Shown piece by piece: positions 58,938 through 64,000 of a stretch of 64,000 bases of DNA. Positions within the stretch are counted from its first letter, which is position 1, and each line of letters starts with the position of its first letter. The position numbers and the translations under genes are program-made. The notes beneath the pieces are model-generated. The model did no database searches, was not told where the DNA came from, and saw only the letters and a list, made by a program, of their open reading frames with translations. Source of the DNA: Candidatus Bathyarchaeota archaeon (GTDB taxonomy: Archaea > Thermoproteota > Bathyarchaeia > Bathyarchaeales > Bathycorpusculaceae); contig CAWGYA010000006.1 of the NCBI GenBank assembly GCA_963826715.1, forward strand, positions 139,220-203,219, in the 5' to 3' direction.

Positions 58938-59330
58938 TTTATAGGCACCGAAAGAGTTTATCGCAAAATAAGAGATAACGTTTGTTAACATGTACATATA
59001 TCGGTAACTAATAGAAACCGATTTCAACGGTTAAAAATAGCTTTCTTGGTCTAAAAATAGAATATCTCTGTTGCCAATTTTGTAAATGAAAACAGCAACT
59101 TTTTTAGCGAACCAGCTTTTTGAAAGACATTCTCTTGTAAATTTGATTGGTGGAATCTGCAGGCATTTGAGTTGGTTACCGCAAACTTTTTTGAGGATTC
59201 TGAGGGTTCTTACTGCATCAAGAAAGTTGAGTTTTGTCTATAATTATTTTGATTAGATACAACATCCTGTTTAAAATCTAATAAATTTTATAAATCAAAA
59301 CATGATTAAACATAAAGTGTGGTTTAAATA

Positions 59331-59738
59331 ATGGTAGCGTTAACAATCATAGTTAACAGCGAAAAATCCGAAACCCGGATTACTAAAAAAATACACGAAA
59401 AAGTTGTCAAAAGTTTTCTAGACACAATCATCATGGCTGAACTCCAAAACGGGCCTAAAAGCGGATATGATATCATCTCGTTTATCCATTCCAAATTCGG
59501 CTTCCTGCTTAGCTCAGGAACTGTTTATTCACTGCTTCACGCCCTGGAACGAAAGAATTTAGTCGAGGGAACTTGGATAGAACGCAAACGAGTTTACAAA
59601 CTAACTGACAAAGGTGCTAAAACCATAGAAACTATCCTATACTCGCACGACAAAATCAAAAGTTTTATGGCTACAATCTTTAAGCACAAACCCGCCCTCA
59701 ATCATAAGTCTTTATCCATATCGGAATCGAAATACTAA
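59331..59738 (+). CDS. PadR-family transcriptional regulator
   Basis: SGYDI, SSGTVYSLL..LER and RVYKLTDKG motifs. Confidence 0.9.
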   Translation: MVALTIIVNSEKSETRITKKIHEKVVKSFLDTIIMAELQNGPKSGYDIISFIHSKFGFLLSSGTVYSLLHALERKNLVEGTWIERKRVYKLTDKGAKTIETILYSHDKIKSFMATIFKHKPALNHKSLSISESKY

Positions 59739-59781
59739 AAAACCCCTATGTATTTTCCTATCAGCCGCAACGAATATGCGC

Positions 59782-59859
59782 GGGTCCGTAGCTCAGTCAG
59801 GCTAGAGCATCGGACTTTTAATCCGAGGGTCGCGGGTTCAACTCCCGTCGGACCCGCCA
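59782..59859 (+). tRNA. tRNA-Lys(UUU), intronless, CCA encoded
   Basis: GGGTCCG/CGGACCC acceptor stem, TCGGA-CTTTTAA-TCCGA anticodon arm, GGTTCAACTCC T-loop. Confidence 0.96.
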
Positions 59860-59864
59860 ATCAT

Positions 59865-60833
59865 TTACTTAAAGTCTTTGCCGTGCTGGTCGTTTGGGCG
59901 GTTCATCCGATTGATTTCTGGGGGCGTTAGGGTTTTTGGTTTGGGCTTTTCTAGTAGTTGCTTTACATTGTGACTGTTACATCTCGGTTGTTGGGTTGCT
60001 GGTGCATCCACAATTCGCGGTTCTCTCGGAACTGTAGCCCTGTGATTTTTCCCTTTGAACCTGAAGTTCGCCGAGTAGTTTAACAAAGGCTCTTGGAGCT
60101 CCAACTGTTCGTTGGTTACGGCGTTTATGGTTTTTCCTTCTCCGGAGGGGTTGGTTGTTGGTTTTTCGCTATCTGGCGGTGGGTAACTAATGCAGGAGGA
60201 ACCTTGCGAAATACTGTTTATTTCCCAAGCTCGAGTTATAGGCAGACTATCTTTAGCTTTGAGCAGTTCGGAGGTAAAATGTGCATATTCTTGCCCTTGA
60301 GAATAATATTTAGTTGGCACCATTTGGTGCATCAACAATATGGTTAACGAAGTGCCTTCAAGTGTTGTGTGCTAAAGATGGGCAGTACCGCTCCAGTTTC
60401 ATAATTAAAGCAAAAAATGATTTTTTTGGCTATGTGTTTGTCTTGACCTAAAACCGCTTATTTTTTCCCAAGGAGCATCTACTCTTTCAGCTAAAGACTT
60501 CTTTTTATCAACTGCGCAGTGAAGTAAGTTTTTGAAATCCTCGATTTGGGTTTGAATGTTTTGGTAAACGTTAGAGTTTTGAATTGTTAGATTACCGAAA
60601 CAATTAAGCGTGTAAACTAAAATAACTGGAAGAATTCTCCAATTTCTTTTGAGTTAGTCTTAAGGATTTTGTCTGGTTCTTAAGACCATCTATCGACTGA
60701 GGGTTCTCGGCGAAAAGGATATTTTCCCTTGTATTCTTTTATCAAAACAAGCGCATTATCTATTTCACGCTTCATTAACCCATTTTTGTCGAATGCATTT
60801 ACTTTCTCAAAGCATTAAATTGCTTTTGGGCAT
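59865..60833 (-). pseudogene. Hypothetical protein, multiply frameshifted (probably read errors)
   Basis: Frame-hopping translation from ATG 60833 is continuous and protein-like: ...KEYKGKYPF...SLAERVDAPWEKISG/GQDKHIAKKIIFCFNYETGAVLPIFSTQHL... Confidence 0.55.
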
Positions 60834-61008
60834 TTCTGACCCCACATATATTGATGCTATGGCTAATAAGACTTGCAATAGAGTTTCTATTGTGTTCAAT
60901 AAAAAGTTACTCTTAGGGCAATTAATACTATTCTTTATTTTAAGCAACCACCGGGACAAAAAGATATAAGTATACTTAGTCTGTAGAAATCAGGCTTGGT
61001 TATGCAAA

Positions 61009-62578
61009 TTGGCAACCAAGTCATTGATCATAATCGGGGCAGGTATAGCTGGTTTAGCAACAGGCTGCTACGGACAGATGAACGGTTACAGCACCAAAGT
61101 TTTTGAGATGCAGGATAAACCTGGCGGCGTCTGTGTTTCTTGGAAATGCAAGTGCTACACTTTTGATTATGCAGTCCACAACGTTTTTGGTATAACCCCC
61201 AACTCAGTTAACAACCACATGTGGCAGGAACTTGGAGCCCTCAAATCCTTGAACGCGCATAGTTTTAAGGAGTTTGTTCAAGTGGAAGACACCATACGGC
61301 AAAGTCCTCACGGTGTACAACGGACCTATGACAAGCTCGAGCATGCATTTGGAAGATCTCTCTACCTCCAGACGAGAAACTCATCGACGAATTCATCAAG
61401 GCTGCCCGAAACGATTCGGCGGAATACGACCTTGTTTGCTAGCGATGTCCGGCGGTGCTGGAGCCAAGCTAAAGATGCTTACCGCTTGATGCGTTCTTTG
61501 ATGAAGTACAGCACGATATCTCTCAAAGAGTACGCAGAACAATTCACCGACCCGTTCTTGCGCAAAGCATTTGCCACTATACAGTACGACATCCCTGAGG
61601 TGCCCGTTACAGTAATCGCTTTGATTTTCATCTGGCTACCCTAAAGCAAGGGCGACGGCGGCATGGCCCATCGGGGGCTCCATGGCGCTCTCCAAAAACA
61701 TCGAGCAGCGATACTTGGAGCTGGGCGGCGAAGTTTTGTACCAAGCTCAAAAGTGAAAAAGATAATCGTTAAGGATAACGACACCGGCCAGCAGGCGTTC
61801 AGCTTAGAAGATGGCGCAGAACACTTTGCCGACAGTTGTGGTTTCCGCCGCCGACGGCTACTCCACTATTTTTGGGGTGCTTCCGAGGCCAAGTACGCAA
61901 ACCAAACCAGTCAACGACTTACTACAAAGCTTACCCCGAAGACTGCAGCCATTTCGGGCTGGAAGTCTGGTACGGCGTCGCTAATAAAATTACCCAGACT
62001 GAACCACATGCGATGGTGCGCTTTCCTCGACGAGCCTGTTACGGTGGAGGGAACCTAGAAAGAGATAGGCTTGATGTGGAAGTCTTCAACTTTGATGCCC
62101 ACGCTCGCCCCTGCAGGCAAAACCGTTGTCAAAAGTGGTCATGGAATTCTGACTACGACTACTGGAAGGACACTATCGGTATCAAACCCTGAAAAATACC
62201 AAGCCGAGAAAGCGGAAAGTTGCCGATACTCATCGCAGAACAACATCGAGAAAACCGTTTCCCCGGATTCATAACAGAACATAGAAGCCAGCGATGTTGT
62301 AACCCCAATTTCGGTCGATGCACTGGACCGGTGCACTACCGCGGCTGCCAAGCATGGGGAGCACCCAAAGAACACCATTCAAAGAAGTCACCCAAAACGG
62401 CGTCAGCAAAACCCTGCCTGGACTTGGCAACTTTTACATGGTAGGACAGTGGGCAATCGGCACAATCGGTCTAAACACTGTTTGTCTGACTGGGCGCAAC
62501 CTAGTCCGCGACCTCTGCAAACAGGACGGAAAAAATTCCAAACAACAACAAAACCACGACCATAAAATTCCAACTTGA
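61009..62578 (+). pseudogene. Phytoene dehydrogenase-like FAD-dependent oxidoreductase, multiply frameshifted (probably read errors)
   Basis: IIIGAGIAGL, PGGVC.SW, F.DPFLR, LAPAGKTV and TLPGL.NFYMVGQW spread over five ORF fragments. Confidence 0.8.
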
Positions 62579-62970
62579 ATACCAACGGTCAATCTCATCG
62601 CAGCTAAGCAAAACTGACGACCTAATAAACAATTACATGATTTCTTAACCGGAAATCTCCAAGTAGTAGATTTTATGCTTAAGATTCTCTAACTTTTCAC
62701 AACGGCAAATAGAGCAATCACCTTTCATAGACTTTTCGGCCCTCCCGCAATTTTCTTAGTTCTAGCCTGCAACCCTTACAGAGCCTAAACAACAAAACCA
62801 AACCAAAACAAACTCTACTATTTTGCAAAAACAACTGTTATTATTCTTCTAACAAACAATAAATATTCAGCAAATTGACAAAACTCTCGTGGACTTAGCC
62901 ATCAGGAGAGGCTGTTCATGTCTGTTTATTACTTGGATGTTCATCCATAAGTCTGACTACCAGATAGAAA

Positions 62971-63604
62971 CTAAGCTCGTGGTTTTCTGAATTTCTTCGC
63001 CAACAAAACAGCAGCTACAGGGAACAAAACGCCCAAACAAAACTGGCCAAAAATGTTTACGATGAAAACACCCGAAGCATTCCAGATTAAGAACACAATG
63101 CCGACAAAGCCATTAGCTGTAAACAACCATCTTATGACACATTCAGATTTCACTGCAAACACTGGAGCTATAAAGATCAGGGCGAATCCCATGAAACCAT
63201 ACCATAGCGCAGCAAAAGTCCAGAAAAACGAGCGAGGGTTCAAGTCTGGCAAACTACCACAGCACAGCTAACTGATTGCTTAGGAGCCCTTGCTGTACGA
63301 CGGTTATTTGGATGTAATAGTAGAGGCTTAAGATGGCAGCGCAGATGAGGGTAAAAGCGAATCCCAGTTGAGTTAGAATTTTTTTGTCTTCTGAAACGGA
63401 ATTGTAAATGGAGGGCATTAAAACAACAAAGAACGGCGCGAGAATCAGTGAAGGGATAAACGCCAACATCTTCATACTGCTGTACGAGCTCGCGTATTCT
63501 TCTATGCTGGTGATAGATGTCTTGGGAAAGAGGCGGATGGATGCAATCATGCCCACATCGAATCAGGTAACGAGAACAGCGATGTTGTTGCTGACCAAAA
63601 ACCC
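62971..63604 (-). pseudogene. Membrane protein split by frameshifts
   Basis: Adjacent hydrophobic ORFs 63254-63556 and 62971-63252 read as one polytopic protein. Confidence 0.55.
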
Positions 63605-63679
63605 ATTCAGCTTGACAGTTGATTCATTTGTGTTAACCCAGCGGATAGCTGTATTATTTGTTTAGATATTTATGACCGA

Positions 63680-64000
63680 TTAAAACCGTTGACAAGATTT
63701 CAGTGCAACAAGCGTTACTAATTTACAGTTAAGACGATGAGCACAAACAGTGTAATCAAAACATACTTTCGATTTCGCTCCCGAAGCAAAATAGATGACT
63801 GAAGCTATGGCACGAACATAGGGCGTTAAAATCAAGATAATAATGCCTACTGTCATAAACAAAACAGCATTTTCCGAAATAAACAAGCTCTGAATTTTAG
63901 CAATTATAAAAGCAAAGAAGTCCTCGCCGGAGATGAAGACATTTTGGGATTGCGACACCTGCACGTTGCCATAAGCACCGAAATAGAGAGCTATGCCACT
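63680..64000 (-). CDS. DUF1634-like membrane protein, 5'-truncated by window edge and frameshifted
   Basis: GIIILILTPYVRA.ASV.YF motif. Confidence 0.6.
   Translation of the reverse strand, partial: SGIALYFGAYGNVQVSQSQNVFISGEDFFAFIIAKIQSLFISENAVLFMTVGIIILILTPYVRAIASVIYFASGAKSKVCFDYTVCAHRLNCKLVTLVALKSCQRF

Noticed and set aside
59865-60338. Integrated-element ATPase (PSGEGKT Walker A-like) next to tRNA-Lys
   Set aside because: The motif lies in a linker of a longer frameshifted hypothetical gene; no integrase or tRNA 3' direct repeat was seen.
59900-64000. Cluster of true pseudogenes or recoding
   Set aside because: Every gene here has dense small indels irrespective of function, typical of a low-coverage long-read contig end.

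Overview
Archaeal chromosomal window, most likely Bathyarchaeia-like. That taxonomy is inferred from gene content: dph5, CTP-dependent riboflavin kinase with HTH, ribL, pantoate kinase, archaeal asnA, DGGGPL reductase and a CdvA-like protein. Most of it is housekeeping and cofactor metabolism (metG, valS, pckG, CoA, B12, flavin and thiamine genes, tRNA-Lys). Main candidates for novelty: (1) a four-gene, membrane-spanning tubulin/FtsZ cluster at 24.9-32.5 kb, with a ~890-aa tubulin-like GTPase carrying a long coiled-coil insertion, a degenerate FtsZ-like pseudo-GTPase, a polytopic membrane plus coiled-coil protein and a cell-surface anchored protein; (2) a tandemly duplicated module at 0.7-5.8 kb of membrane-tethered wHTH regulator, secreted His/Cys peptidase-like protein and PepSY-like membrane protein, sharing a TAGGACA-n-TGTCCTA operator; (3) an archaeal TPP riboswitch overlapping the thiT ribosome-binding site; (4) an RHH regulator fused to an apparently inactivated CblS domain; (5) a triple 22-bp palindrome upstream of a radical-SAM/dinB operon. 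Sequence beyond ~59.9 kb is full of frameshifts that look like low-coverage read errors. No CRISPR array, rRNA or intact mobile element was seen. All family assignments are by-eye motif recognition, not database searches.
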